Source of the DNA: Neocallimastix sp. 'constans'
Lineage: Eukaryota
Assembly (NCBI GenBank): GCA_050613775.1
Contig: JBODTK010000142.1
Location: forward strand, 124,001-188,000
DNA: 64,000 nucleotides
Reading direction: 5' to 3'
Part shown: piece by piece, positions 42,386 to 56,200 of the stretch
Layout: each line of letters opens with the position of its first letter
Position numbering within the stretch: the first letter of the stretch is position 1
The notes under the pieces: generated by a model
What the model saw: only the letters and a program-made list of their open reading frames with translations
Told to the model about the DNA's origin: nothing
Database searches by the model: none
Made by a program: the position numbers and the translations under genes

Positions 42386-45300
42386 TTTTTCAATTTTATT
42401 TTATTGCTTTAATTTAAGTATATATATACCCAAAAAATAAATATGTCTATGTTATTATTATATAATTTAGGAAAAAAATGATTTAGAGATTTATTATATT
42501 TATCTTTTTTTTTTTTTTTACAAAAAAAATTTTTTTAATTAAATCTTGGTTGTTTTATATATTATCTTATAGTATAAATTAAAAAAAAAATGAAGTTTAA
42601 ATTATTTAATATGAGAATATATATATAATTGTAAATAATAAAAATATAATTCAATTTATTAATAATATATTGACTCGATAAAATGAGCCAATCATTAAAA
42701 TAAAAAATTTTGGTAAAATGATTTAATATTAAAATAAATATTATTAAATTTTAAATGTATCATTTAAATTAATAAATAAATAAATGAATAAATTTGTAAA
42801 TAAATAAATGAATAAATTTGTAAATAAATAAATAAATAAATAATAAAAATTAATATTGTTATTTTATATGAAGTTTTATTAATGAGGTTATTTATGATAA
42901 ATATAGATAATGATATAAAACAAATATGTGTAGTAACACATTTGTATATTTAATATTAATTATTAAATATTAAATTTATATCTTTTTGATAATAATTATT
43001 TTATTTTATTTTATTTCAATATGTATTATTATAATTATAATAATTATAATACTTTAATTCATATAAAATTTATATAATTCTATATATTAGAATATATAAT
43101 TAATATATTACCTATTTCTTATAAATTAAATTATTTATATTAGAAATAGAGAACTCTCTTGTAAATTTTTAGGAATTAGAATTATTATTTTAATTGTAAG
43201 AATTTATAATTTTATTAATAAAATTTACTAAACTACCATTATTTAAAACCCACTGCTTATAAATTATTGCACATAAAAGTCCCGCATATCAATAAATAGG
43301 TCATTAGCAATGTTCAACAAAATGAAATTTACATCTATTTATACTAAAAATGTGGCTTGTTCTAGATTACTTTTAATTAATTACATTATGTCTTTATTAA
43401 TAATTTATATTACCATTATTCTAGATTCATTTAATATATAAATTCAACATATTGTAACATTCCCCCTTAAACCTAGTTATTTTATAATGAATAAATTGGT
43501 TTACTGGTGAATATGTGAATATAAAATTATTCTATTTTATAATATTAACTTGATATTATTAATCTATTAATTATTTCTATTCTAAATTAACCTTTTAATT
43601 TTACATGAATAAAATATTTTTACATTTTATTAATTTCTTTAATTCGATTTAAACATTGTTAAAATAATTTCTTAATTATATTTGTAATCAAATAATTTTC
43701 CCCGAAAACTAAGTATTTAATATTATTACACCATTAATATTAGATGTATCTAAAACATCTCTTATAATATATGGTTTATATATTACCATTTGTATGATGG
43801 AAACCTTTCTCTTGAATGGTGATATTATACCATCTCAATTTGTGTGAATACCTCTTATATATTGGGTTTTACATCACTTTAAATTATAATCCGTTTTATA
43901 GATTAGCGCTAACTTTTATATATATTTCGTTTTGAAGTTTTAGCGATAACAATTAAATATTGCTTTGTAGTTTAGCATTAACTATTAAAATATTTTCGCT
44001 TTGTAGTTTTGAGATTCATATTAGATGAGTTTTATATAAACTTCATCGAATTAAGTTTTGTTACATTAAAGTAACTTGCAATCATTATATAAATTATTAT
44101 TAATCTGTTAAAAAAATTTTTTTTTTTTTTAAATATAAATTTATTAAAGTGGTATCTTCGACCTATAGTCTTCAACCTTACTTTTGTTGGATAAAGAGAT
44201 ATAAACCATTTATTACAATCTCTTTTTGTGGGATAAGTAATTAACCTTGCAACAGGATATAATTTGTTGGTAAGAGGTAACCAATTTATTATTTTTTATT
44301 TATCACTCTTTTGTGGGTTTAGTATTAACCTTGCGATTGCTTTTAAATATTTATTATGAAGCCTCTTATGAAATTATTTGTTTGTTTTACATAAATTGTT
44401 GATTATTATATATTGGTGTATTTGATAAATTATAATCTTGGGGTATTAAAATTGAATTATATTTATAATTAATTATATTATTCTATTTATTTAAACTTAT
44501 TAAGTAAATAATACAAATTCAATCAATAGATTAATATTCCATATTTCAGTTAATTTTTCTTTAATATGTAAATGTATAATTTAGTCATTTTTGTATTTTA
44601 AGAAATATTAGTCTAATCATGTATTGAATCTTTAAGTATTGTTTGAATATTTCAATTTTCTTATGTTACTGGATAATATTTTTATATGTTGAAGATAATT
44701 AACTAGAATTAGATATATGTTTTCTGGTCAGTTATATAAATTTAAATTTTCAGTGACCGTTATTCCTCCTCAAAATCTAAATATTTTGAAATAATTATAT
44801 AAATTTGTAAATGAAAATTTTAAATTGTTTGCAATAGTTAATTAAATAATTGTGCCATACATTTAATGATTTAATGAATGTATTCTAAATAAAATAAAAT
44901 ATAAAATTCAGTTTAATTCTATATTTAAAACGTTAAATATCCGCTTGATTAATTGGAAGTGTATCAATAGCGGCTAAAACTCACTGTTTTAAGTGGTAAT
45001 ATGAGGTGTCTAATATATATGAAATGGAGCCCTTTCAATGAAGGTCTTACACCATCTATTAATATTATCTATGATTTAGCTCATTTCACACTAAGTTAAA
45101 TCATGATATTATATTAAAAATAAATGAAAATACCTATCTCACGTTAGGTAATCAATTAATATAATTATTGCAGAATATGCTCATTTCACGCTAAGCATTT
45201 CTATTTAATTTTATGAATAAGTACTTGTTTTAATATTTATTAGTACTTTGTGATATCCTCCTTCGAATATCCGCTTTGTAGTTAAGCAGTAACTATTAAG

Positions 45301-47759
45301 TATATTCGGATAAAATTAAATATATGTGTTTCACTTTTTAATAATATGCTAAGTATTTGTTCAATATTTTTGGGAGAATAATTAAACACAAATTAATTAT
45401 AATATCTTTCATTTATAAGTAATTTATTATATATTAATTCTAAGTTAACTATAAATTAATGTTGTATATTCAAGTACTGTTTTGGAATATAAGTGGATTT
45501 AAAGTGCGCGTTTGTGATTAACCTCTTTAAATAGGATAAATATTATTGTATATTTTAATACATGATGTTCACATATTCTATGTTTTTTTTTTTTTTTTTT
45601 TCTCTGTCCACAAGTATTTATAGTTTTGAGTATGGAATTAAATTTATGGTAATTTAAATAGATATTATTTAAGTGGCATTAGGTATAATTTTATGAAAGT
45701 TGATAAAATATTGAGATTTCTAAAATATAATATGTAATTGCCAAATCATGGATAATATTAATATTTTAATAATGAGAGTGAATATATTAAAAATATTTAG
45801 TAAGTTAATAATGATGGTAAATTATGTTTAAATGGTGATTTAACATAATGATAACTCAAAATAATTTAATAAGTTTATATTATTGGATTATTTCATTTCA
45901 TAAGTGGATCACAAGATAACACATGAGTTAATATTGTTCTCTTATATCAACAATATCACAACAATACCAAGACGAATATGGGAGGACAAAAACAACATGT
46001 ACAACCATTGTTAGCGACACACCAAGTCCAGTATCCAGTTGAAACTAAATCATATTCAACACGAACACTTCTACATTGACAGCCTAAACCTATCCAAGTA
46101 GTAATAATTTTTAATATAGTGAGACTAAAATCTGCTATTGGAGAAAGAATTTGTGGGAACGTGTAATCCCATGGATACGTTATAACCCCAAGATTTTTCT
46201 TTAAGTAAATCAGGACTAACTGCAATAAAGAATATAATAATTAAAGAACATATTATCATGAGGATTATAGTAAACCATTTAATTATATATTTAAATGGCA
46301 TTGTTTTTAGTTTATTTATTTTCTTTCTGATTGCGAATCTATTTATATTTTCAAAATGTTCATCCTTTACTTAAAATTTTTTACAGTGATTTCCTTATTT
46401 TTAATATACAATTTAAATTCTTTAATAATATTTTATTTTCATTAAAGTATTATACTCTTTAAATCTCTTTAAAAAATGTATTTTCGTATGCTTTATATTT
46501 ATTTGATTCTTTTATTTTTATTTTTTTTTTAATATTCAATATTATCCTTCATACGTTGGAGGTAACATGGTATTTCATTTGGCGAACGGACGTAGTTTGA
46601 ACTTCCAAAAAATCCTGGTATGTATCATCCTTTGCTTTGGGTAATCTTAACTTATAAATATAACTTTAGTATTTCCTTAAGTGGTTCTTAAATTTTAGTT
46701 GGAGGTTACAAATATTTTGAATTCCAAAATTTCGAGATTTCAATATCTCGATTTTCATATTTTCTAAAGGTTAGATTTTCACATGGTTATTGATCGAGTA
46801 TTTGGCATTCTTCAATTTCAACAACTTTCATCTTGATATAATTCTGTCCGGCTTATGATTCATCTTTCAGAGAATCCTCTTAAGAGTCACTGAGACTCTT
46901 AATCTGTTATTTTATATGAAGTTTTATTAATGAGGTTATTTATGATAAATATAAATAGGTGATTAGCAATGTTCAACATAATGAAATTTACATGGGGAGT
47001 GTGCATTTCGAAAATTTTTATTACATAAATTTGTATTTTGTTGTATGGCTTAAATATTTTTAATTTTAAGCCACTTAATTTTATTAAAAATTTAATGAAT
47101 AATAATTAATTAATTAATTAAATAAAATTACAATTCTCAAAAATTTTCAAACACGTAATCATACGTGGGGCGTATATCTAATTGTATCATAATTTTGTGG
47201 CTTTTTTCTACAATTTTTAAAAAGCCATATATTCACAATATGGCGTGAATAATAAATGTGGTGATATTTTATGACGAAAATTTATAAGCCACCAAGAATT
47301 TGGCGAAATTCAACTGGGCGAAATACAACTTTTGGCGAAATACAACACTTCAATAAATAATAATTAGGTTAGGTATTTCTATTTAACATTGAAAAATAAA
47401 ATAAAAATAAATAAACATTTTATTTTTTAATGCTTAAAAAATAAAATAAAAATAAGAAATAAGAAAACTTCTTTTTTAAACATTAAAAAATAAAATAAAA
47501 ATAAATAAAAATTTATTTTTTAAGCGTTAAAAAATAAAAAAAATAAAATAAAATAAAAAATAAAAAATAAAAATAAAAATAAAGAAATAAAATAGTAAAT
47601 AAAGAAATAATAAATAATTAATAATTAAATAATTATTTAAATAATTATATAATTAATTAAAAAAAGGTTTACTATTTTAAATATTAAAAAAAAAAAAAAG
47701 TTTCAAAGCATTTAAAATTATATTTATTAAAATATTTTATTGAAAAATTTTAATTATTA

Positions 47760-49098
47760 ATGGAAGACAATATAGAAATTGAAATAAGTGAAACAAATCG
47801 AGGAAATGAACAAATTATTATTAATAAAAAACACAAATTTAATATTTCATTTCAAAGGAAAGATAAATCAAAAATTTATAGATGCACTGAATATAAGACT
47901 TTAAATAAATGTAAATCTTTAATTATTTTAAATGATAAAAAGGAGGTTTTAAAATATGAAAGTTTACATAACCATCTCGAAAAAGAAATTGATGTGTCTA
48001 TATCAGTAGCAAAGCATAAAATTAAGGAAGAAATTAAGAAAAATTCAATTCCTATGGATATAAAACCTAAACATATATTTAATGCCGTTTCTCAAGAAAT
48101 GGGACTTATATGTCCCGAATATAGTACAATTAGATCCCAAATAATAAGAAATATAAATAAACAATTTCCTCCAAACATAAAAAGTTTTGATGATATTCCC
48201 ATTGAATCAGAATATTATAAAACTAAAAGAAATGAAAATTTTATGATATTTAAAAATACTGATCTAATAATCTTTCAATCACCATTCCAAGCATATTTAT
48301 TTTCGAATTATCATAAAAATATATTTGCGGACGGTACATTTTATACAGCACCGAAATTTAGTTATCAGTTATTTATAACAAGAATTTATGTTGGGGAATT
48401 TAATATGTTTTACACTTCTTCCATTTCTATATTAAAAAATAAAAAACAATCTACATATCTAATGCCGCAAAAAAAAGTTTTTCCCAATATAAATATTAAA
48501 TATTGTGTTTGGCATTACAAAAGATCATTAGAAAAACAAAAAAATATATTATGTTATCATGAAGTGAAGAATAATAATGATGTATATTTTATTATAAAGC
48601 TATTTCGAACTTATCGTTTATAAACCCTAACTATATATTTGATATTTATATTATAATAAATAGAATTTGTCAAAAAAAAAGTATAATAATTTTCTGCAAT
48701 TTTTAGAATATTTTAATAAAAATTATTTACTTAAGTATAATGTTAATAATTGGAATTATTATGAAAATATAGAGCATTTAACAAACAATGCATCAGAATC
48801 TTATAATAGCTACTTAAATAATATATTTCCAAATAAACCTTTATTTTATAAATTAATATATATATTAAAAGAAGAAGAAAACTTATCTTATAATGATTAT
48901 CAAAGGAGAACTAAAGGAAATTGGAAAAAAAAAAGCAAAAAATATTTAGTGCAACTGATAAAATTAAAATTTTAATTGAAAATTATAAAAGTAAGGAAAT
49001 AAATTTAATTTATAATGGATGCAACAGAAATGAATTAATTAAATTATGGAAAGAATGTTTAATTGATTTAAACGATATAAATATTAATTTAAAATAAA
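47760..49098 (+). pseudogene. MULE transposase, frameshifted and apparently internally deleted
   Basis: Zn-finger-like YRC...KCKS...HNH, IFADGTF, CVWH and LTNNASESYN are split over two ORFs. The second catalytic Asp segment appears to be missing between KKQSTY and KKVFP. Confidence 0.85.
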
Positions 49099-49886
49099 TA
49101 ATCTTAATATAAAAAAATGCTAGAAAAATAAAAATTTATTTATTTTAATTTATATTTATAATCGTTTAAATAATAATTAAATAATCTTAATTTAAAAAAA
49201 TGCTAGAAAAATACAAATTTATTTACCTATTGTGTTTATTTAATAATCTTAATAGAAATTATCTTTTAGTTATTTTTATTAAGTAATTTATAACTAAAAC
49301 CGATTTATTTGATACTAGTTAAAATTTTATTAATATCAATATCAATATTATATAATTATAAATTTTATAAATATCAATATTAATATTATATAATTAAAAA
49401 TTTTATTAATATCAATATCAATATTATATTATTATAAATTTTATTAATATCATATACTTTTCAAAATTAATTATGTTATTAAAAATATTAAATTCAATAA
49501 AAGATTTCTATTATTTTATTAAAATTATAATTGTTATTATTATATTTTAATAATAATTGATTCATATTGATCAAACATTATAAATATTACTATGCAAATA
49601 ATTAATTATTTTAATAGGATCAATTACTCAACTCTTATTGTTTTAATTTTTAATTCTTATATCATTTAAATTAATATATATATATATCGTTTATGAAAAT
49701 ATGAATTATAAATAATTAAAATTATTTACTTTTCATTTAAATTTTTTTATTTAATATAATAAAATATAATAATTAAAAGACAAACGTTATTATAACTAAA
49801 TTTTTTTTTTTTAGAAAAATAAATGAAAAAAAATTAAAATATATAAGATTCCTATATATATAAAATAATTATTATATTTTTTTTTT

Positions 49887-50890
49887 ATTTTATTATATTT
49901 TATTCGATCTATACTTTATATTTGATATTCTACTATTTATTTTATTTTATTTTATTTTATTATATTTTATTCGATCTATACTTTATATTTGATATTCTAC
50001 TATTTATTTTATTTTATTATATTTTATTCGATCTATACTTTATATTTGATATTCTACTATTTATTTTATTTTATTATATTTTATTCGATCTATACTTTAT
50101 ATTTGATATTCTACTATTTATTTTATTTTATTTTATTTTATTTTATTTTATTTTATTTTATTTTATTTTATTTTATTTTATTTTATTTTATTTTATTTTA
50201 TTTTATTTTATTTTATTTTATTCAATCTGTACTTTATATTTATATTTCTACTATTTATTTTATTTTATTTTATTTTATTTTATTTTATTTTATTTTATTT
50301 TATTTTATTTTATTTTATTTTATTTTATTCAATCTGTACTTTATATTTATATTTCTACTATTTATTTTATTTTATTTTATTTTATTTTATTTTATTTTAT
50401 TTTATTTTATTTTATTTTATTTTATTCAATCTGTACTTTATATTTATATTTCTACTATTTATTTTATTTTATTTTATTTTATTTTATTTTATTTTATTTT
50501 ATTTTATTTTATTTTATTTTATTTTATTTTATTTTATTTTATTTTATTCAATCTGTACTTTATATTTATATTTCTACTATTTATTTTATTTTATTTTATT
50601 TTATTTTATTTTATTTTATTTTATTCAATCTGTACTTTATATTTATATTTCTACTATTTATTTTATTTTATTTTATTTTATTTTATTTTATTTTATTTTA
50701 TTTTATTCAATCTGTACTTTATATTTATATTTCTACTATTTATTTTATTTTATTTTATTTTATTCAATCTGTACTTTATATTTATATTTCTACTATTTAT
50801 TTTATTTTATTTTATTCGATCTATACTTTATATTTATGTTTCTACTATTCATTTTATTTTATTTCATTTTATTTTATTCAATCTGTATTT
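49887..50890. repeat. Compound minisatellite: ~33-bp unit TTCAATCTGTACTTTATATTTATATTTCTACTA separated by variable (TTTTA)n
   Basis: About a dozen units in two sequence variants (TTCGATCTATAC... and TTCAATCTGTAC...). Confidence 0.9.
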
Positions 50891-50893
50891 TCT

Positions 50894-50902
50894 TTTTCTT
50901 TT

Positions 50903-50933
<31 letters not shown>

Positions 50934-51426
50934 GACTATCCCTTGTAAGTCTTGATCATATCATCCCAGCCACAACAGACAACTAATATCAGACAAACTT
51001 TATATCGGGTGTATCAGGATACAACAAAGTGCTCCCATGCCATACCATTTCGGCGTCGACGCTCTCAGTCACGGATTACAGAACCACAAGATTTGAAGAT
51101 GATGGATACGGCAAGCCACAACTACATACACTATAACATTATTATTTATTTACTACATTACCTTTCTCCAAATTAGGAAATCTATCCTAACACGTGATGA
51201 ACACGCAGATACATTAACTAATGAGGATTTACAATACGCAGGAATCACCCCGCTTCAGGCAATGTATACGTACAACTGAGAAGCACGATCATAGTGTAGA
51301 CGATGACTTGTTCGATTTAGGGTTAGGCTGTCAAATGGATTATAATGGGTGGTAAGGTGGAATCGAACTCCGGACTATTGACCTAAGGGTATACGCGTTA
51401 ACCATTGACCCGATCTTACGGAGTTC
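50894..51426 (-). mobile_element. Full-length tRNA-derived SINE D inserted in the MULE
   Basis: Head GTAAGATCGGGTCAATGGTTAACGCG...GGAGTTCGATTCCACCTTACCA with A-box-like and B-box motifs and a GTAAG/CTTAC stem. The 3' end is AGTCT-poly(A). Probable TSD ATCT(G/C)TATTTTCT at 50881-50893 and 51427-51439. Confidence 0.85.
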
Positions 51427-53062
51427 ATCTCTATTTTCTGTTGATAATATAAACAAGGTATTAATGTATTAATAATAATTAATAATATTTAAAATAAAAA
51501 AAAATATAATAATTATTTTATATATGTAGTAAATATTTTTATTATTATTTAAAAATTTATTTATTCATTTATAATTTATTTATTCATTTATTTATTTATT
51601 ACATTATAATACGCCATGTTTTCCGAAATGCACTACAACAAAATACAAATTTATGTAATAAAAATTTTCGAAATGACACACCCCCAATTTACATCAATTT
51701 ATACCAAAAATGTGGCTTGTTCTAGATTACTTTAAATTAATTACATTATATTATGTTTATATTAATAATTTATATTACTATTATTCTAGATTCATTTAAT
51801 ATATAAATTCAATATATTGTAACAAATATCATTTACCATTTTTCTTTTTTTTTTTTTTTTTTTTTTTTTTCAATAATAAAATATATATAATGTTTTTAAT
51901 TATGTTTTATTTTTTTAATTTTTTTTTTATATTTTTAATTTTATTTTTGTTATGAATAAACTAGAAGAAAATACAAATTTATTTTATAAAGAATTAGTTT
52001 CAACATGTAATCCTGAACGCTTATTAGAAATAGCTAGAAATGATTTGGTTATTACATAAAACATCCCATTCTTTTTTATAATTTAAATCAATAATGTCAG
52101 CAGTTCTTCCACCAAGAAGGAAGTTATATAATTGGTACCACGTCACATATTTATTTATTTACACCTTCATTTTTCAGAAAATTACTGATATTAACATGAT
52201 TATAATCAATTGAACTATTCACTACATTATTAGGAACGATACTATTATTTTCACTATTACTAATATTAATATTCCTATTTTCATTATCCCTAATATTTCT
52301 ATTAATAACAACACCATTCCTATTGTTATTAATATTAACATTATACTCTTCGTTACTATTATTAGAATCTGTACTTGATTTTACTTTATTCATATCTGTA
52401 ACAACAGTATTTACATTACTCTTTGATATTGAACAATATTTGTTAATAACAAAAAAATTTTTCATGAAGTTTTTCAATATCCTTAAAATATTTTATTCTA
52501 AATTCATGTAAAAGATAGCATTTAGAATACTAATGTTTCAAATGAGGATTACTATTTTTTCTATAACAACATGGACACCTTTATGGACAGTTGTTCTCAA
52601 TCATATTTGCGGCTTTGGCAACACAAGCGTCGAATTTATATCCACATTTAGCATGAAGAACCCATCGAAAACCAATACTATATTTAGGATATTTAAAGTT
52701 GAGCTTTAAGTAGTCTCTAGTTTTCTCAAATTCATTTTTCTTATAAGTCTATATGCCTTGATTGATTTTCCTGCCATATTTCTATCCCAGTAAAAGTTTA
52801 AAATTGCTTTTTAAATGGAAATTTATCTAATTTGTCTGCTAAAACTTTTTCTTTCTTTATCCCATACATGATGTCTACAACATGATATATCTCTAAGTAA
52901 AACAGAGATAATATAATTCGAGTTTTTCCATTTTTTAAAACACCTTACCTGAGCAATCGCACATTTCACCGATAGAGGAAGAATGTTAAGTTCTTTAGAA
53001 ACACAATATAAAGGGATGTAACGCTATTCCCATTAGAAAAATTCATCAATTCAGTATAATCC

Positions 53063-53099
<37 letters not shown>

Positions 53100-53247
53100 C
53101 AGGGAAGAGAATACACTTCCAAAAACTTTATTAAATTTTATTTTAAAAAATACATGTAGGTGAAAAGTACATTTGAAATTAAAAATAAAAAATTAAAAAA
53201 TAAAAAAATAAAAAGCTCGAAATTACTATGTATTTCGGCAAGTTGTA

Positions 53248-56200
53248 CTATGCGGGAATTTTTCCCTTCCTATCAAATAAAAAAGAAATAAAACCTAGAA
53301 GTAACATCTTTAAAATAGATAGTGTGGTGTCCACTAAACTCTCCCCGGACTCATCATTTATTGAACTACTAGGGAGAGATTCATCCTTCGTAGTAATAGA
53401 TGACGATCCTGTATTATCATTATGCCTTATCAGTACGACGTCGACGCTCTTGGATAAGTTTGGTATTTTGCAATACCTATCAAATAATAGCTCAAACGAA
53501 CTACTAATGATAGGTATTGCACTTGTTAAGAATTCCGCCATGCCCACAATTTTTGGAACAGGTGACTCAGATGAACCTTTGAAAAGTAGTTCATTTAATT
53601 GTCTCTGTTCCCCACTATCGAAATGTAGCTCATTTAAAACTAAAGTCCCACCAAGAAGGAACAAGTATATATAATGATTGATATAATCTTCAAAATTAGA
53701 AATAGAGTCATAGGAAGAAAGAGGATTAAACGCTCTAATCTTCCTAAGGAATAAAACATAGAGATCATCGATGAAATTTAAAGAATTCCATCTAAAAGAT
53801 GCAAGAGCATCGCATTTAAAAATCCAATGTTCAAAAGATTGTTTATCTTCGCCACAACAGGGGCAATACTTGGGACAATCTTCTGAAACTCTACCCATTC
53901 TAATAGCAATAGTAGTATTGTATTTATAACCACAGCGTAAACGTATAATCCACGAAAACCCTAAGTTGAATTGGGGATATTTTAAACTAAGCATAATTAT
54001 AGCTTTATTGTTTGAGAACTTATTACGATCGTAATTTTGACCTTTAATACCTTGAAATTTGGCAACTGATTTCCAGTAACGTTCTAAAATATCGTCATAT
54101 TTTTCACATTTATATTTTTTGATTTTTTTATACAGTGTTCTAGATTCTTTAGTCCAGGAATAATGATGCATTTTGGGAATAGATTTAATAAGATCCTTTA
54201 TAATACAGTTTGATTTACTCCATTTTGCAAATGATTTAATCTGTAAGGCTGCGCAGACACCAGCAATAGGAGGAATGCTTAGATCTCGAGATAAAGCATA
54301 AGTACTCATAGTAGAATTATGTCTAATATAGTCATTGTCTTCTGAACTTGTTTTACCATTTTTAGAGAAGGAGCCGATACACCAAAATAGACCAGTATTA
54401 ATTAATGTTTGAATTCTGGCCGTTCTGGATTTGTTTGAACCAAGTAAAGGAGAATAATAAATTACTTTACTAATAACAAAGGATTGAAGAACTTTTTTCT
54501 TGTATGCAATAGGGATAAGCTTAATTGAGAAGAAATGTGTAAATGAAAGAAGGGATTTTCTAACTTTAAAATGCATGTGAGATATAATGTGTTCTAGTAA
54601 GAGATCATCAGAAAAAGGAATACCAAGATAAATATAACTAGAAACTTTAGGAATAGTATTCATTCCTAAATAGAAGGTTGGGTCACTATAGTTTGGAGGA
54701 GATTGGAAGTTCATTGGTTTTATAACCATAGTTGCACATTTTTCAATACCAAAAGTCATTTCATTTAAATTAGCCCATCTATGTACCTTTTTTAGTAATT
54801 TTTCTAAATTTTTTGCACTTGGAGCAATGAGAACAACATCATCAGCAAAGAGTCCACCACAACACTTTTTTCTTCCAATATTAACACCATACTTTTCACA
54901 GTCATTTAATATATCATTGATGAATAAATTGAATAAAATTGGAGATAATGGACAACCTTGACGAACACCTCTTTTAATAGGAAATTCATTTGATAACATT
55001 GAAGCAAATCGAGCACGAGCTTTAGATGAAGTATATAAATTACAAAGAAAATCAAAACATTTACCACGTACTCCATAATGATATAATTTAGTAAGAATGT
55101 TAAAAATAGGAACTGAATCATAAGCTTTTTTAAGATCTAAAAAGGCTAAATATGTGAATTTTCCTTGAAATTTTCTTCTTTGGCATATTTCTCTAACGGA
55201 AATGAATAAACTAATGCATTCTTCACGGTTGCGAAAGCCAAATTGTTCAGGTCTAATGAAATTGTGTGAGAGTGCGTAAGAAGATATTCTATCTGTAACA
55301 ATTTTTGAAATGATTTTCAGTCCAACATTAATGAGAGAAATACCTCGATAATTACTACAATCTGATAGGTCACCTTTCTTAGGGATTGATACAATAGAAG
55401 CTGAGTTCCATTTTTTAGGAAAAAACCCATTCCATATTTTATTAAAAATCAATTTAAGACACTTTCCAGCAGCAGGATGTGTTTCTAGTAATTCTTCATT
55501 GCAAAACAGAGCTTTGTAGAATTCAATCGGGATACCATCGGGGCCGGGTGCTTTGTTGTTTTTCATAGATGAAATTGTTTTTTTAATATCGTCAATCGTA
55601 ATGGGACCATTTATATTCCAGGTAGAGGATCTAAGACTAATATTCCTTAAAGCATGATTCCAGTAATTACGATTAAGGCTGTGACCTGAGGGATCAGAAG
55701 CTAGATCTTTATAATATTCAGCCCATCTATCTAATTGTTTAGTAGGAGAGATAATATCTTGACCAAATTTAGATTTGATGCAAGTAGGGGAGGTAGATGA
55801 ATACGATGGTTTAGCCATTTTTTTTAAACATCTCCAACCATTTTTGAAATCTTTATTCAAAAAATAATTACCAATTTTTACTATATTAGCTTTAAATCTA
55901 GCAGAGCGAAATTTGCTCTTTGTTTTCTTGATTAATTTGCAAAGTTTTTCATATTTATTAAATTGTTCAAGGTAATTATCAACATTTTCACAGTTAAAGT
56001 AAGGCTTAATATTTCGAAATGCAATATGTTTTTCATGAGACAGTCTTTTAATGTAATAAGGACAATGAAAAGCAGAGCCCTTTAAATTTGTTGGAATGAA
56101 AGCCTTAATATCCTTCCCGATATTATTTGCTGTATTAATAAATTTTTCTACCATTTCATCAGCCGTGAGCGAATTGTAATGAGAATCGAGGTCATTTGCT

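Larger units (their letters stand above)
46994..51685 (+). mobile_element. Mutator-like (MULE) DNA transposon
   Basis: TIRs of about 52 bp (GGGGAGTGTGCATTTCGAAAATTTTTTATTACATAAATTTGTATTTTGTTGTA) and a perfect 9-bp TSD AATTTACAT at 46985-46993 and 51686-51694. Confidence 0.92.
42857..51824 (-). mobile_element. Degraded LTR retrotransposon (probably Ty3/Gypsy) with both LTRs; 5' LTR interrupted by a MULE
   Basis: Direct repeats TGTTATTTT...TTGTAACA at 42857-43459 and 46905-51824. TSD AATAT at 42852-42856 and 51825-51829. Minus-strand polypurine tract (plus strand TTCCCCCTT, 43460-43468). The internal region is heavily decayed, so the superfamily call is weak. Confidence 0.85.

Noticed and set aside
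49887..50890. CRISPR-like array (constant ~33-bp repeat with spacers)
   Set aside because: The spacers are only (TTTTA)n of variable length, there are no cas genes, and the context is eukaryotic.
51350..51420. Functional tRNA gene
   Set aside because: The D and anticodon arms pair poorly, and the sequence continues into a poly(A)-tailed, TSD-flanked body, so it is a SINE head.
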